Of a stretch of 64,000 nucleotides of DNA, positions 62,440 to 64,000 are shown in pieces (the stretch's first letter is position 1; each line of letters begins with the position of its first letter). The DNA comes from an uncultured Candidatus Rokubacteria bacterium. GTDB taxonomy: Bacteria; Methylomirabilota; Methylomirabilia; Rokubacteriales; CSP1-6. The stretch lies in assembly GCA_963754315.1 (NCBI GenBank), contig CAVWFS010000018.1, positions 256,001 through 320,000 on the forward strand. The letters are read 5' to 3'. The notes beneath the pieces are model-generated. The model ran no database searches, was not told the DNA's origin, and worked only from the letters and a program-made list of their open reading frames with translations. The translations under genes and the position numbers were made by a program.

Positions 62440-62457
62440 ACTTAACATGTGTTAAGT
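62440..62457. promoter_or_regulatory. Palindromic operator upstream of imuA (candidate LexA box)
   Basis: ACTTAACA-tg-TGTTAAGT, perfect 8-bp arms, AT-rich in a GC-rich background, next to TTGTCA at 62428. Confidence 0.65.
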
Positions 62458-62466
62458 ATCAGCATC

Positions 62467-63042
62467 GTGAGTGGCCAGGGTTCCCAATCCGGCCCGGAGA
62501 TCGCGCGGCTGGTGCGACCGGGGACGATCACCGAGGTGGTTGGGCGCCTATCCTCTGGCCGCACAAGCCTGCTCATCGCCTGCCTCGGCCACGCCACGCG
62601 CGAGGGGGCGGTGGTCGCACTGGTAGACACCGATCATGCGTTTGATCCTGGGGCTGCCGCCCGCGCCGGGCTCGATCTCAGGCGCCTCTTGTGGGTTCGT
62701 TGCGCAGGCCGGCGCCAGGTGGCGTTGCGGGCTACCGATCTCCTGGTCCGTTGTCCAGGATTCGCCCTGATCGGGCTCGACGTCGGCGAATCGCCGCCAC
62801 GCCTGCCGCTCGGGGATGGCTTCCGGCTCAAGCTCGCCGTGCGGCGCTCCGGCGCCGCCTTGTTCGTCATCGGAGCCAGACGCATCACGGGAGCCGGTGC
62901 GTCGCTCGTCTTCGAGAGCGAACGGGAGGCGCTCGTGTGGGCAGGACCGGGTCCGATCCCGACCCGGCTGGCGCGCATGCGCTCGCGCCTTAGCGTGCGA
63001 CGCGGCCTCGGCAATGGATTGACCGTCGAGTGGACGGCATGA
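62467..63042 (+). CDS. imuA: ImuA-like (RecA-like) mutagenesis protein
   Basis: ITEVVG..SSGRTSL degenerate Walker A, AGLDL.RLLWV; ATGA-coupled to the Y-family gene. Confidence 0.8.
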   Translation: MSGQGSQSGPEIARLVRPGTITEVVGRLSSGRTSLLIACLGHATREGAVVALVDTDHAFDPGAAARAGLDLRRLLWVRCAGRRQVALRATDLLVRCPGFALIGLDVGESPPRLPLGDGFRLKLAVRRSGAALFVIGARRITGAGASLVFESEREALVWAGPGPIPTRLARMRSRLSVRRGLGNGLTVEWTA

Positions 63043-64000
63043 GTCGGGTCGCCTGCGTGCTCGTTCCCCACTTCGCGGCGACCGCGGCCGAGCGCGTGGA
63101 GCCGGGGCTCTGCGAGAGGCCGTTGGCCATCGTGACGGGGGCGCCGCCCCTCACGCGCCTTGTCGAGGCCAACTCGGCCGCGCGTGAGCATGGGGTGGGA
63201 CCGGGGATGACCGAGGCCGAGGCGCGTACCCGTTGCCCCGCGCTCGCCGCGCGTCCAGCCACGCCGGAACTCGTCGAGGCCGCCACCCAAGCACTTCTGC
63301 AAGCGTGTCTCGCGGTGTCCCCGCGAATCGAGGACGCGGGGTCGGGACTGGTCCATGTAGACATCGACGGACTGCAGCGACTGATCGGTCACGATCGGGC
63401 CATCGGCGACCGGTTGGCGCGACTGACAGTGAGGGTGGGGTTGCCGGCGCGGGTCGGGATCGCAGACAGCCGTGTGGCGGCGCGCGTGACGGCCCGACGG
63501 GCGACCGCACGCGTGAGCGTGATCCCGCCTGGGGCTGATCAGTCGTCATTGGCCTCCGCCTCACTCGAGGTGCTCGACCTTCCGGACGATCTGCGTGCCA
63601 CTCTCGCTCGCTGGGGGTTGACCACGCTCGGCGAATTGGCTGGGCTTCCACGGGTAGGCCTCGCCGACCGCCTGGGGGTGGCCGGCTTGCGAGCTCATGA
63701 CCTCGCGTGCGGCCGTGATCTCGAGCCCTTCAGGCCTTACGTGGCGCCACCATTTTGGGAAGAAGCGCTGGGGGTGGACTGGGAGATCGACACCGTCCCC
63801 GCGCTGGTGGGAGCGCTCGAGCGCATCGTCATGCGACTCACCGTGCGTCTGGGGATAGCTCACCTCGCCGCCGATGCCCTCTCGCTCAGGCTGGAACTCG
63901 CGAACGGTGGAGGGGACCACCGTCTGGTGCCGCTCGCGTATCCGCTCCGCGAGCCCGAGCCGATGCTGACCTTGCTCCGGCTTTCCCTGGAGGCTCATCC
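63039..64000 (+). CDS. imuB: ImuB-like Y-family polymerase homolog, partial
   Basis: Manual translation MSRVACVLVPHF.., AAREHGVGPGMTEAEARTRCP, SPRIED, DIDGLQRLIG, LARWGLTTLGELA; runs off the window edge. Confidence 0.85.
   Translation, partial: MSRVACVLVPHFAATAAERVEPGLCERPLAIVTGAPPLTRLVEANSAAREHGVGPGMTEAEARTRCPALAARPATPELVEAATQALLQACLAVSPRIEDAGSGLVHVDIDGLQRLIGHDRAIGDRLARLTVRVGLPARVGIADSRVAARVTARRATARVSVIPPGADQSSLASASLEVLDLPDDLRATLARWGLTTLGELAGLPRVGLADRLGVAGLRAHDLACGRDLEPFRPYVAPPFWEEALGVDWEIDTVPALVGALERIVMRLTVRLGIAHLAADALSLRLELANGGGDHRLVPLAYPLREPEPMLTLLRLSLEAH

Overview
A GC-rich, gene-dense bacterial chromosome segment with about 60 CDS. Gene content and style suggest Candidatus Rokubacteria/Methylomirabilota, which is an inference only. 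I found no rRNA, tRNA, CRISPR array or transposase. About a dozen genes carry small frameshifts that look like long-read assembly errors. Main blocks: (1) a lactonase/VOC/thiolase-DUF35/amidohydrolase catabolic set; (2) a ~13 kb lipid-tailoring cluster with an HpnN-type MMPL transporter, nucleotidyltransferase, CDP-alcohol phosphotransferase, flippase-like, SGNH and GT-C proteins, next to a sulfotransferase, sat-cysC and a 2OG-Fe(II) hydroxylase; (3) pqiA-pqiA-pqiB-pqiC; (4) acs, fhs, folD; (5) a two-subunit Fe-S hydro-lyase; (6) msrPQ with a two-component system; (7) ettA, rnd and an imuA-imuB cassette. The best signals are two probable selenoproteins that the ORF track misses or splits. One is a UGPC glutaredoxin directly upstream of a ferredoxin:thioredoxin reductase catalytic subunit. 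The other is an exported UINC redoxin heading a kinase-regulator-msrPQ gene run. Each has a SECIS-like hairpin with an AGU loop. Also notable: a possible sulfated hopanoid or lipid pathway, a candidate lineage-specific SOS box (ACTTAACA-tg-TGTTAAGT), recurrent leaderless promoters, and a PqiB lengthened by 22-residue repeats.
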